Below, piece by piece: positions 45,560-54,663 of a stretch of DNA of 64,000 nt; the first letter of the stretch is position 1, and each line of letters opens with the position of its first letter. This DNA is from Nitrospinota bacterium (GTDB lineage: Bacteria; UBA8248). The stretch is from assembly GCA_046581755.1 (NCBI GenBank), contig JAYGFR010000103.1, positions 1 through 64,000 on the forward strand, written 5' to 3'. Below the pieces are notes generated by a model, which saw nothing but the letters and a program-made list of their open reading frames with translations, did no database searches and was not told the DNA's origin. Both the position numbers and the translations under genes were made by a program.

Positions 45560-46443
45560 GCATCGAGACCTTTACCGAAGTCGTCGAAAACGGGACCTAC
45601 CGGATCGGGCGGAGCGTCATTTCGATCAACCATGAGAACGAGGACAATCCGTTCGTCCCCGGCCCGCAGTTCTACATTTCCGCCGGGAACTCGCTTGAGC
45701 GGATATCCTGGGCGGTCAGCCAGAGTCTGCCCGTCCTCCTGGTGGGCGAAACCGGGGTGGGCAAAACGCTCTCGATCCGCCATCTGGCCCACATGACCCG
45801 GAACGGCTTCCGCCGCGTCAACCTGAACGGGATGACCACGGTGGACGAGTTCGTCGGCAAGCTCATGATCAACGAAAAGGGCACCTACTGGATCAACGGC
45901 ATCCTGATCGAGGCGATGGAGGCCGGCGACTGGCTTCTCATCGACGAGATCAACGCCTGCCTGCCCGAGATCGCCTTTTGTCTCCACAGCCTGCTCGACG
46001 ACGACCGGATGATCGTCCTCTCGGAGTACGACGGGCGGATCGTGCGCCCCCACCCGGATTTCCGCCTCTTCGCCAGCATGAACCCGAACGAAAACCGCCG
46101 CTACGGCGGAACGAAACCGCTCAACGAGGCTCTGCTCGACCGCTTTCCGCTCACCCTGAAGATGGACTACCTCCCCTTCGACGCGGAGGTCGAGGTGACC
46201 ATGCACCAGAGCGGAAACGAAGACCGGGCGCTTGTCGAGCGGATGGTCCGGGTGGCGCAGGATGTCCGCGAGGCCATGGAAAACGAGAAAATATTCTCCA
46301 CCTTCAGCACCCGGAGGCTCATCGACTGGGCGCGCATGGCCGCGCAGTTCGATCCGATGGAAGCCGCCACCTCGACCATCTTCAGCAAGGTCAATCCGTT
46401 CGATGCGAAGGTGATCGAGGACATCCTCGACAACCACTTTTAG
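45556..46443 (+). CDS. MoxR-type AAA+ ATPase (CbbQ/NirQ/NorQ/CobS-like)
   Basis: Walker A GETGVGKT, Walker B WLLIDEIN, HPDFRLFASMNP, EALLDRF, STRRLIDW; TTGA overlap with the yqeB stop. Confidence 0.9.
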   Translation: MSIETFTEVVENGTYRIGRSVISINHENEDNPFVPGPQFYISAGNSLERISWAVSQSLPVLLVGETGVGKTLSIRHLAHMTRNGFRRVNLNGMTTVDEFVGKLMINEKGTYWINGILIEAMEAGDWLLIDEINACLPEIAFCLHSLLDDDRMIVLSEYDGRIVRPHPDFRLFASMNPNENRRYGGTKPLNEALLDRFPLTLKMDYLPFDAEVEVTMHQSGNEDRALVERMVRVAQDVREAMENEKIFSTFSTRRLIDWARMAAQFDPMEAATSTIFSKVNPFDAKVIEDILDNHF

Positions 46444-46455
46444 GCAGGCCACGGC

Positions 46456-48228
46456 ATGGAACCCCGCCGAAACCGCCTCGAAATCCTGGCCCAGGTCGCC
46501 GCGCACGACTACGAACTCGATCTGCGCTACGGCGACACCGGCCGCCAGGAAAAGAAAACCATCCATATCGAAGACCCGGAGCGCACCCTCGATCGGCTCA
46601 GGGGCGAGCTGAGCGATGCGCACGTCATCCGCTACCAGAAGGGAATGACCCTCATCGAGGTGGCCCACCGCCTGGAGGGGACGCTTCGCTGGGCCCTCCG
46701 GGCCGCCCGGGCCAGCCGCGAGCGTCCGGGCCTGTTTCAAATCTGGCACGCCGTCGAGGATGCACGCTGCGAGAACCGCCTGGCGGCCACGCTTCCGGGG
46801 ACGCGCAAGAATTTCATCGAGTTCATCCGCCCGGCCCTGAAGGAGGCGGAAATTCTCCACGCCCGGGGCGAGCTCTCGCTTTTCTTCCAGGTCCAGTGGG
46901 GGCTCTACCTGATCGGGCAGGGAATCGAGCCGGGGACGCGCGCGCCGGAGCCCAGCCATTTCGACACCCTCTGGCTGGAGCCCGGTGTCCTCGAATTCTT
47001 GGACGAGCTGAGACCCCTCGCCGTGCGGGCCGGCCAGGCCGATGGCCCGGCCGAGGCGTTCGAGTGCGCCGAGGCGCTCTACGCCGCCATCCGCGAGCGC
47101 CTGCCCGAGGAGCTTCTCTCCGAGGCCCTGCAGGATCTCCCTATCCCCGATATCCCCGAGGAGGTGCTTGAGAGGGCGGAGAATCAAGAAACCGCCGGCG
47201 CGGAGGGAGAGATGGAGGAAACCTTCGCCGCCGACCTGTCGGACACGGACGCCGAAATCGACGAAGAGGCCTTCGAGCTCACCGAGGAGGAGCTTTCCGC
47301 GCTCGGCCACTGGGCCAGCCCCTGGTTCGAGTTCAAGGGCCACTCGAAGGATATCCATCCCTCGGCGGTCCGCTCGGACGAGGGCACGATATTCATCCCG
47401 CCCGAGGGGAAATCCGAGGAATACCAGGCGATCGTCAATAACGCGAGCAGCCAGATCAAGGTGCTCGCCCTGAAACTGATGCAAATCATCCAGGAGCGGC
47501 GCTACACCCGCTACAGCGGCTCGTTCCGCTCCGGAAAACTCAACACCCCCAAGCTGTGGAAGCAGCGCCTCGGGAAATACCACCTCTTCCTCCGCCGCGA
47601 GAACCCCGAGCGCCTCGACATCTGCTTTACCCTGCTGGTGGACGAGAGCGGCAGCATGAACCGCGAGTCGAAATACCTGGCCGCGCGCGAGGCCACCGTC
47701 TTCTTCGCCGAGGTGCTCGACCGGGTGGAGGTCCCCTTCGAGGTCATCGGCTACTCGACCGAAAGCTCCGAGGCGGCGATGGCCGCTTCGCTGGGCCACG
47801 TGCCGGCCTTCAAATACCGCCACATCCGCCACTCCCCGCTCCAGCACAGAATTTACAAGGGCTTCGACGAGCCGTTTCAAGGCGCCAAGAACCGGCTCGT
47901 GAACATCCACCCCCGGTTCAACAACTGGGACGAGGAGCACCTTCAGTTCGCATACCGGCGGCTCCTCGGGAGGAGCGAAGCCGAGAAGGTCATCATCATC
48001 ACCTCGGACGGCCAGCCCAACGGCGATGCGAGCCATCTGGTCGAAACGGTCCACCGCCTTGAAAAACTCGGCGTCCGCATCATCGGCGTCGGCGTGGTCG
48101 ATCCCTTCGTCGAGCAGATTTACCCCAACTTCATCGTCGTCAAGCATCTCGATCAGCTTGCCGAGGAGCTGGTGGAGATTCTCCGCAGCGAGCTTCTCCG
48201 GAGCGGAAGGGGTGGCCGGGCCTCGTGA
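46456..48228 (+). CDS. VWA-domain protein (NorD/CbbO/CobT-like)
   Basis: AVEDARCE motif, acidic linker, SGKLN, MIDAS LLVDESGSM, IIITSDGQP, IIGVGV. Confidence 0.88.
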   Translation: MEPRRNRLEILAQVAAHDYELDLRYGDTGRQEKKTIHIEDPERTLDRLRGELSDAHVIRYQKGMTLIEVAHRLEGTLRWALRAARASRERPGLFQIWHAVEDARCENRLAATLPGTRKNFIEFIRPALKEAEILHARGELSLFFQVQWGLYLIGQGIEPGTRAPEPSHFDTLWLEPGVLEFLDELRPLAVRAGQADGPAEAFECAEALYAAIRERLPEELLSEALQDLPIPDIPEEVLERAENQETAGAEGEMEETFAADLSDTDAEIDEEAFELTEEELSALGHWASPWFEFKGHSKDIHPSAVRSDEGTIFIPPEGKSEEYQAIVNNASSQIKVLALKLMQIIQERRYTRYSGSFRSGKLNTPKLWKQRLGKYHLFLRRENPERLDICFTLLVDESGSMNRESKYLAAREATVFFAEVLDRVEVPFEVIGYSTESSEAAMAASLGHVPAFKYRHIRHSPLQHRIYKGFDEPFQGAKNRLVNIHPRFNNWDEEHLQFAYRRLLGRSEAEKVIIITSDGQPNGDASHLVETVHRLEKLGVRIIGVGVVDPFVEQIYPNFIVVKHLDQLAEELVEILRSELLRSGRGGRAS

Positions 48229-49043
48229 GCGCCGGCGCGCTGTCCGGGGCCATCGGGCTCGGGCCCGGCCAGATTCTCGCGGCCGCCGGGGGCGGGGGTA
48301 AGACCAGCCTGCTCCGGGCGCTTGGAGAGGAATGCCACGCCGCCGGGATGCGCCCGGCCATCCTCACCCCCACCACCCACTTTTTCTCCCCCGAGCCGGC
48401 CGGGGAGGCCCCCCTTTTCCTGGGAGAGGTGGAAGCGGTGGACGCCCGCCTCCGCGAATACGGCGGGGAGTGGCCGGGCCCCCTCACGCTGGCCCGGCGG
48501 CGGACGGGGGAATCCCCCGTACCGGGGACGCCGGGCGAGAGGCGGATGAAGATGGGGGGGTATCGCGCCGATGAGATCGAACGCCTCCGCCGGCCGGGCG
48601 GTGTCGTCCTCGTGGAGGCGGACGGCGCGCGCGGGCTTCCGATCAAGGCGCCCGGACCGGACGAGCCGGTGATTCCGCCCGGGGCGGACATCGTCCTCGG
48701 GGTGGTGGGTCTGGATGCGCTCGGGGGGCCGATTGACGAAGCCCATGCCTTCCGCCCGGAAATCCTCTCTTCCCTGACCGGCCTCCCGCTCGGCGCTCCG
48801 GTGGATGCCGCGGCCATCGGCTGCCTCGCCGCCCACCCCGAGGGGCTGTTCCGGGGCGCCCCGAAATCCGCCCGGCGGGTCCTGATATGCAACAAATCCG
48901 ACCGGATCGGGCGGATGGAAAAACCGGAGCAAATCGGTTATATTATTGCGGAAATTGCATGTGCCCCGAACGGGCCGGCGGATCTGCTTCTTTTTACAGC
49001 ATGCCTTCCGTCCGGCCTCCGGGTGGGGCGGCCGGTTCCATAA
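48225..49043 (+). CDS. yqeC: Selenium cofactor biosynthesis protein YqeC
   Basis: GGGGKTSL, TPTTHF, LVEADGARGLPIKAP..DEPVIP, VVGLDALG, HPEGLF, ICNKSD; GTGA overlap with the VWA gene stop. Confidence 0.9.
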   Translation: MSAGALSGAIGLGPGQILAAAGGGGKTSLLRALGEECHAAGMRPAILTPTTHFFSPEPAGEAPLFLGEVEAVDARLREYGGEWPGPLTLARRRTGESPVPGTPGERRMKMGGYRADEIERLRRPGGVVLVEADGARGLPIKAPGPDEPVIPPGADIVLGVVGLDALGGPIDEAHAFRPEILSSLTGLPLGAPVDAAAIGCLAAHPEGLFRGAPKSARRVLICNKSDRIGRMEKPEQIGYIIAEIACAPNGPADLLLFTACLPSGLRVGRPVP

Positions 49044-49111
49044 ACGGTGAAAAATCGACGGACCGATAAATGCGCCGCCGAACGCGGGGGCGAGAAAAGG
49101 ACCAATCGGAA

Positions 49112-50260
49112 ATGAGCAAAGACGTTTTTAAGGAAATGTCCGAGTTGAAGGAAAAAGGAACCCGCGGCGCCATCGCCACGGTCGTATCGAGGAAGGGCTC
49201 CGCTCCCATGAGCGGGGACGCCAAGATGCTCGTCCGCGAGGACGGAAGCACGATGGGAACCGTGGGCGGCGGATGCCTCGAGGCCGAGGTCTGGCAGACG
49301 GCGATGAACATCATCGAGGATGGCAGCCCGGAAAAGGTCTCCTTCGACCTGACCGCCGACGAGGCCGGGGACAGCGGTCACATCTGCGGCGGAACGGTGG
49401 AAATCTTCATCGAGCCCTTCGACGCCTACGATCCCGGCCTCCTCGCCGAGATCCTCGATGTCCGGAACCGTGGCCAAAGCGCCGTTCTGGCCACGGTGGT
49501 TCAGGTGGGGAGCGGGAAGGAATCCTCTCCCGATCAAAGGAAAATGCTAGTGAAGAGGAGCGGGACCATGATTGGCGAAATCCCCGATTTCGCCGCCGAG
49601 ATATGGCGTGAAAGCGGCCAGATCATGCGCCAGGGTCAGCCCTCACTGATGCAGTTTTGGGCCGGGGACGATCGCCCGGGGGCCAAGCGCCGCTCCGCCG
49701 GGGATGCGACAGAAATTTTCGTGGAGCCGATCACGGCCCAGCCGCTGGTCTACCTGTTCGGCGGCGGGCACGTCTCCTACTGCGTGGCGCTGGCCGCCCA
49801 GATGGCCGGGTTCCGGATCGCCGTCGTCGAGGACCGGCCCAGCTTCGCCAACAAGGAACGGTTCCCGATGGCGGAATCGTTCTATGTGGGCGAGCATCCC
49901 GCCATTTTCGACGAAATCCCGGTGGACGAATCCAACTACCTCACCATCATCACCCGCGGCCATGCAAATGACGAGATCATCCTGGAGTGGGCGCTCAAGA
50001 CCCCGGCCCGCTACATCGGCATGATCGGCTCAAAGAGCAAGGTTCTGCTGACCTACCGCCACCTGCGGGACAAGGGCTTCGACATGGACGAGATCATCCG
50101 CCGCGTCCATGCCCCCATCGGTCTCGACATCGGCGCCGACTCTCCCGGCGAGATAGGAATTTCCATCGCGGCCGAGTTCATCCGCCTCCGGCGCCAGGGG
50201 GAGGAAGCCATGCAGGACGCCCTTTCCAGCAAGAAAATCAACCTTCGGAAAAAATCTTGA
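49112..50260 (+). CDS. xdhC: XdhC/CoxF-family molybdenum hydroxylase accessory protein
   Basis: ATVVSRKGSAP, GTVGGGCLEA, ICGGTVEIFIEP, LFGGGHV, ITRGH, YIGMIGSK, APIGLDIGADSPGEI. Confidence 0.93.
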   Translation: MSKDVFKEMSELKEKGTRGAIATVVSRKGSAPMSGDAKMLVREDGSTMGTVGGGCLEAEVWQTAMNIIEDGSPEKVSFDLTADEAGDSGHICGGTVEIFIEPFDAYDPGLLAEILDVRNRGQSAVLATVVQVGSGKESSPDQRKMLVKRSGTMIGEIPDFAAEIWRESGQIMRQGQPSLMQFWAGDDRPGAKRRSAGDATEIFVEPITAQPLVYLFGGGHVSYCVALAAQMAGFRIAVVEDRPSFANKERFPMAESFYVGEHPAIFDEIPVDESNYLTIITRGHANDEIILEWALKTPARYIGMIGSKSKVLLTYRHLRDKGFDMDEIIRRVHAPIGLDIGADSPGEIGISIAAEFIRLRRQGEEAMQDALSSKKINLRKKS

Positions 50261-50297
50261 CCGGAGCGGGCTTCCCCCGCCCCGCGGCCGTCCCGCC

Positions 50298-51082
50298 ATG
50301 CAGCGGTTTCTCAATTTATTGTCCGGCCTCTCCGATATTATTCTCCCGCGCTCGTGCCCCACATGCGGCGGCGCGCTACCCTTCGGGGGCGGCAGAGCCA
50401 TATGCGAAACTTGCCTGGAGGCGCTCGAGCGGACCTTGCCCCCCTGGTGCCCCGTATGCGGAAAACCGTTCCGCTCGGAATTCACCCTCTCCTATTCCCC
50501 GGACCACCTTTGCGCCGAGTGCCGCGAATGGCCGCCGGATTTCGATGGGGCCCGCGCCCTGGGCCCCTACGATGGCGCCCTTCGTAATCTGGTTCATCTG
50601 ATCAAATACCACGGCTACACCTCCCTTGCCGCCGAGCTGGGGGTAGAACTCAGCCAGCGGGCCCGGCAGGAATTTCCCGGTGCCGCTGATGCGGGAGACG
50701 GATTGATAACGTTCGTTCCCATCGCCCGGAAACCTGGAAAGAGCGCGGCTTCGATCAGGCCCGGCTTCTCGCCCAGAGCACCGCCGGGCGCCTGGGAGTG
50801 GCATTCGCGCCCACTCTCGAGAGGAGAGCCCCCTCGGCCCCCCAGACACGCCTGACGGCCAAGCGGAGGAGAAAAATCCTGCGCGGCGTTTTCTCCTCTC
50901 TCAACCCGCCCGCCTCGGAGGGGAAACGGGTCATTTTGATCGACGATGTTCTGACAACCGGCTCGACGGCCTCGGCCTGCGCCCGGGAACTCAAAATAGC
51001 GGGTGCATTATCCGTAAGTGTCTTGACCATTTGTCTTACTGTGATAAAAGGAATTCAGAATTTAATATTTTATTTATGCTGA
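50298..51082 (+). CDS. comF: ComF-family phosphoribosyltransferase, one frameshift (~50727)
   Basis: Four CxxC motifs, IKYHG, reconstructed KERGFDQA, ILIDDVLTTGSTASACA. Confidence 0.88.
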
Positions 51083-51171
51083 GAGTTATCTTAACTGCAA
51101 GAATTTAAAATGGTTAAGTCATGCAATGCAAATAGTTAAAAAAGGTAAATATATTTAAATAAAAAAAATAC

Positions 51172-51200
51172 TTGAAATAATTATGGGTAAAGCGTATTTT
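51172..51200 (+). promoter_or_regulatory. sigma70-type promoter with upstream A-tracts
   Basis: TTGAAA-N17-TATTTT in a very AT-rich 250-bp intergenic stretch. Confidence 0.55.
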
Positions 51201-51338
51201 TGAATTTATAATTTAGGGAGATTTGAGGATCTCAGGGTTTATTTAACCCCAAACAGTCCGTAATATGGTGAAGCTAGGAAATGGAGCGAGTGGCCATAGG
51301 TTCTACTACTGGACTATGCGAAACGGAAGTGGAGAACG

Positions 51339-52097
51339 ATGAAATTACGCCTCGAAAAACCCAGAAGAGAAGCGATCGGAGCCCGGCTCAGGGAGATTCG
51401 GCTCTTCAATAAACTCGAGCAAACCGAGCTTGCCGATCGTGCGGGCCTTTCTCAGGCCATCATCAGCCAGTACGAAAAAGGTCTCACCGAAATCAGTCTC
51501 TCGTTCATCAAGTTCCTGGCCGATAACTTCAACATCTCGGGCGATTGGCTCATTTTCGGCACCGGCGAGTCGCCCCACGAGCAATCCCAAAAAGAAATCG
51601 AGCTCCGCCTCCCGAAAAGCCTCGGCGGCGCCTCCGTGAAAGGAAGAAAAAAGTCGGGATTTTTCGGCATCCCCATCGTGGACCCCAAATCAGCCGCCAG
51701 GCCCGGCAAGGTCCAGAATGAGCAGATCCAGGATTGGGAAATCGTCCGGCTTCAAGAGGCCACGGGCCGCAACAACCTCGTCGCCCTGGAGGTGAGGGGT
51801 GACTGGGTGAAAAACATGGACGCCCCCTTCCGGGCGGGCGGACGCATCGTCATCGATCGCGATGATAAGAAAGTGCGCCACGACGCCTTTTACGCCGTGA
51901 ACAAGGCCATCAAGAAAAAAGCCCCGCGCGACGCCAGCATCACCGGAATCCGCCGCCTCAGCATGAGCGGCTCCCGGCTCTGGTTCGTCGAGGATCGCCC
52001 CGGCAAGGAATTCGAATTCATGGACCTCAAGGCCAGCGACCGGATCGAAAACATCATCATCGGCCGGGTCATCTGGGTCTGGCAAAAGATGATCTAG
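51339..52097 (+). CDS. XRE-family HTH regulator with a degenerate S24 (CI/LexA-like) C-terminal domain
   Basis: IGARLREIR...QTELADRAGLSQAIISQYEKG, WLIFGTG; LEVRGD, RIVIDR, IRRL, IIGRVIW. Confidence 0.85.
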   Translation: MKLRLEKPRREAIGARLREIRLFNKLEQTELADRAGLSQAIISQYEKGLTEISLSFIKFLADNFNISGDWLIFGTGESPHEQSQKEIELRLPKSLGGASVKGRKKSGFFGIPIVDPKSAARPGKVQNEQIQDWEIVRLQEATGRNNLVALEVRGDWVKNMDAPFRAGGRIVIDRDDKKVRHDAFYAVNKAIKKKAPRDASITGIRRLSMSGSRLWFVEDRPGKEFEFMDLKASDRIENIIIGRVIWVWQKMI

Positions 52098-52120
52098 CCC
52101 CGCTGCCGATCGGATACCGC

Positions 52121-52155
52121 TAGCCGGCTCCCCCGGGGGGGCCGGCTATTTTTTT
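52121..52155 (+). terminator. Rho-independent terminator
   Basis: TAGCCGGCTCCC...GGGGGCCGGCTA followed by T7, between convergent genes. Confidence 0.8.
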
Positions 52156-52163
52156 CGGGCCCT

Positions 52164-53213
52164 TCATTTCATTACACCGGTCATGCGGCGGCGGGCCATC
52201 CGCGCGGCGAAGACCACGGCGTCCACCATGCTCGACGCATCGGCCATCCCCCGGCCGGCGATATCGAATCCCGTTCCGTGCTCGACCGAGGTGCGGATGA
52301 TGGGCAGCCCCAGCGTCACGTTCACTCCCCGCACGTTGCCGCCCCCCTTCCCGCCGAACCGGAACGCCATCATCTTCCCGGCAATGTGTCCCTGGTCGTG
52401 GTACATGGCCACCACCCCATCGAACTGCCCGCCCCTGAGCTTGGCGAAGACCGTATCGGGCGCCTCGGGGCCGAAGGCGGCGATGCCCTCTCGACGCAAA
52501 TCCTCGACGGCGGGCGCGATCTCGCAGACCTCCTCGGAGCCGAAAAGGCCGTTTTCCCCCGCATGGGGATTCAGCCCCGCCACGGCGATCCGCGGCGGCC
52601 GCCCGTCGAGGGCCTCGAGTGTCTCCGCCAAAAGCCGTCCCGCATGGACGATGCGCCGGCGCTTCACGAGGCGGAGCGCCTCCCGGAGGGAGCAATGCGT
52701 CGAAATGTGGACGATGCGGATTTTCCCGTGGGCGAGCATCATCACCGGGCGCGCGCGCCCCAGGATATGAGCCAGCATCTCCGTGTGTCCGGGAAAGGGA
52801 TAGCCCCCCGCCTGGAGCGCCTCCTTATGAATCGGTCCGGTCGCCATTCCCGCTGCCCGGCCCTCCTGAATCTGGCGGACGGCCTCCTCGATGTAGCCCG
52901 CCGCCGCGCGGCCGAGGCTGGCCCGTATCCTGCCGAACACCCGATCGCGCGCCGCAACGTTCGCCAGATCGAGCACGGCGGTGGCCCCCGCCGATTTTCC
53001 GGCAAGATCGTCCAACTCATCGGGCGAGACCGGAACCAGCCTGCCCGGCAGGCGCATTTTTCGCGCGTGGTGCCTGAGCACCTTCAGATCACCCACGATC
53101 AGCGGGAGGCACGCCCTCCGGACGCGGGGCGACTGGACCGCCTTGAGGCACACCTCGGGCCCGACCCCGGAGGGGTCTCCCATCGTCATCGCCACCACCG
53201 GAAACTTTTTCAT
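52164..53213 (-). CDS. pdxA: 4-hydroxythreonine-4-phosphate dehydrogenase family (PdxA/PdxA2)
   Basis: TMGDPSGVGPE, PGHTE, STHCSL, GLNPHAGENG, AMYHDQGH, IRTSVEHGTGFDIAG. Confidence 0.94.
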   Translation of the reverse strand: MKKFPVVAMTMGDPSGVGPEVCLKAVQSPRVRRACLPLIVGDLKVLRHHARKMRLPGRLVPVSPDELDDLAGKSAGATAVLDLANVAARDRVFGRIRASLGRAAAGYIEEAVRQIQEGRAAGMATGPIHKEALQAGGYPFPGHTEMLAHILGRARPVMMLAHGKIRIVHISTHCSLREALRLVKRRRIVHAGRLLAETLEALDGRPPRIAVAGLNPHAGENGLFGSEEVCEIAPAVEDLRREGIAAFGPEAPDTVFAKLRGGQFDGVVAMYHDQGHIAGKMMAFRFGGKGGGNVRGVNVTLGLPIIRTSVEHGTGFDIAGRGMADASSMVDAVVFAARMARRRMTGVMK

Positions 53214-53365
53214 CCGCTCCCCTCATCGCGCGCCGGGCGCGGCCCCGGGCGCAAAACACATCCGCGCGGCCGATGGCCGCGCTCTCGTTGACATCCTTAT
53301 ACCCCAGGCACCACGATAGTTGGACCGGCACGCCCATTCATACATTCGATTTTAAGGAGAACCCC

Positions 53366-53875
53366 TTGTCCAAAAACGGCGCAAGCGCCTCCAAGACGCT
53401 GGCCGCGCTCAAATCCCTCGGCTTCACTCATGTCCTCGCCATTCCAGACTCCGAGAGCGCACTCCTCTACACGGCCATCGAGAAAGACCCGGACATCGAC
53501 CTCATCCTCCCCACCCGCGAGGGGGAATCCATCGCCATCGCGGCCGGCCTCTGGACCGGAGGCCGGAAACCCCTCGTCCTGATCCAGAACACGGGCTTCA
53601 TGGAGGCCGGAGATGCCCTGCGCGGCTGCGGCCTGGGCCCCCGGGTGCCGCTTCGCCTCATGGTCGGCTGGCGCGGCTACGGCGGCGCCATGGCCGGGAA
53701 AAAGCCCACCGACTCGGCTTACACATACACCGAGCCGCTCCTGAAGGCATGGGGGATTCCCACCTGGCATCTCATGTGCGACGACGACCTCCCGGCGATC
53801 GAGCAGATGGACCGCACGGCGGAGGAGACCTCCCTCCCCGCCGCCGTCATCACCGGCTACGCCTTCACCGAATAA
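53366..53875 (+). CDS. TPP-dependent decarboxylase alpha subunit (ComD-like)
   Basis: AIPDS, PTREGESIAIAAG, VLIQNTG, YTEPLLKAWGIP; AAGGAG RBS before a TTG start. Confidence 0.8.
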   Translation: MSKNGASASKTLAALKSLGFTHVLAIPDSESALLYTAIEKDPDIDLILPTREGESIAIAAGLWTGGRKPLVLIQNTGFMEAGDALRGCGLGPRVPLRLMVGWRGYGGAMAGKKPTDSAYTYTEPLLKAWGIPTWHLMCDDDLPAIEQMDRTAEETSLPAAVITGYAFTE

Positions 53876-53889
53876 GCGAGAAAAAAACC

Positions 53890-54483
53890 ATGATCGAACG
53901 AATGGACCTGTTCCGCGCCGTCCACGCCCGGCGGACCGACGAAATCGCCGTCCTCACCATGGCGGCCACGCTCCAATACCCCCTCGTCTCCGACCACGAA
54001 CTCGACTTCGACTTCCTCGCCTTCGGCATGGGCCATGCCGGCGACTTCGCGCTGGGCCTCGCCCTGGCCCGGCCCGAGCGCAAGACCATCGTATTCAAGG
54101 GGGACGGGGGACAACTGATGAGCCTGGGATCGCTCGTGACGCTGGGGCGCTACGCGCCGGGGAACCTGCTCGTCCTATTTCTCGAAAACCGGGTCTACGA
54201 GCAGACGGGCTCCCAGCCCTTCTCCGATCGCGTGGACTTCGACACCCTCGCGCGCGGGGCGGGCATCCAGGGCGGCGGCGCCACCGGCAAGGGGAAAATC
54301 GAGCGAATCGAAACCATCGAAACCTTCGAGGAGGCCCTGCATCGCCTGCTCACCGAGGAAGGCCCCCACTTTGTCATCTGCCCGGTCGAGAACTACGAGC
54401 ACGTCCCGCCGACCAGCCACACCGACCACGCGGGACGGATCCGGAACCTGAGAAAGGGCCTCGGACTGCCCGTGCCCAATTGA
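53890..54483 (+). CDS. TPP-dependent decarboxylase beta subunit (ComE-like)
   Basis: GMGHA...ALGLALARP, TPP-binding KGDGGQLMSLGSL...ENRVYEQTGSQP. Confidence 0.82.
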   Translation: MIERMDLFRAVHARRTDEIAVLTMAATLQYPLVSDHELDFDFLAFGMGHAGDFALGLALARPERKTIVFKGDGGQLMSLGSLVTLGRYAPGNLLVLFLENRVYEQTGSQPFSDRVDFDTLARGAGIQGGGATGKGKIERIETIETFEEALHRLLTEEGPHFVICPVENYEHVPPTSHTDHAGRIRNLRKGLGLPVPN

Positions 54484-54495
54484 CCTTTTTTCCCA

Positions 54496-54540
54496 ACCGC
54501 CCCATCCGCCAGAGCCGCCCGAACCGCCAGAGCCGCCTCA
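54496..54540. repeat. 5 x 9-bp imperfect intergenic tandem repeat
   Basis: ACCGCCCCA TCCGCCAGA GCCGCCCGA ACCGCCAGA GCCGCCTCA. Confidence 0.6.
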
Positions 54541-54663
54541 ACTGTTCGAACCGCGGCCCTTCAACCGCAAAGCGCAAAAACCCTCCCCCGGCCATCCACC
54601 GGGGAGGACTATCGCTGGATAAATGAAAACCAAACGGGAATGCGGGAAAATTCGCATTTCCCC

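Noticed and set aside
45232..48147. 971-aa minus-strand ORF and similar long antisense ORFs (35661-38027, 41908-44298, 12106-13731, 10261-11712)
   Set aside because: These are shadow frames of well-supported genes in GC-rich DNA, with no recognisable motifs.
45556..48228. Calling the AAA+/VWA pair cobS/cobT or norQ/norD
   Set aside because: The motifs fit the wider family, but no cobN, nor or cbb genes are in the window, so no symbol was assigned.
51060..52097. Prophage around the CI-like gene
   Set aside because: There is no integrase, divergent cro or structural gene; the flanks are comF and pdxA.
53320..53345. Possible sigma54 site (GGCACG-N4-TTCA) before the ComD-like gene
   Set aside because: The -12 GC is missing.
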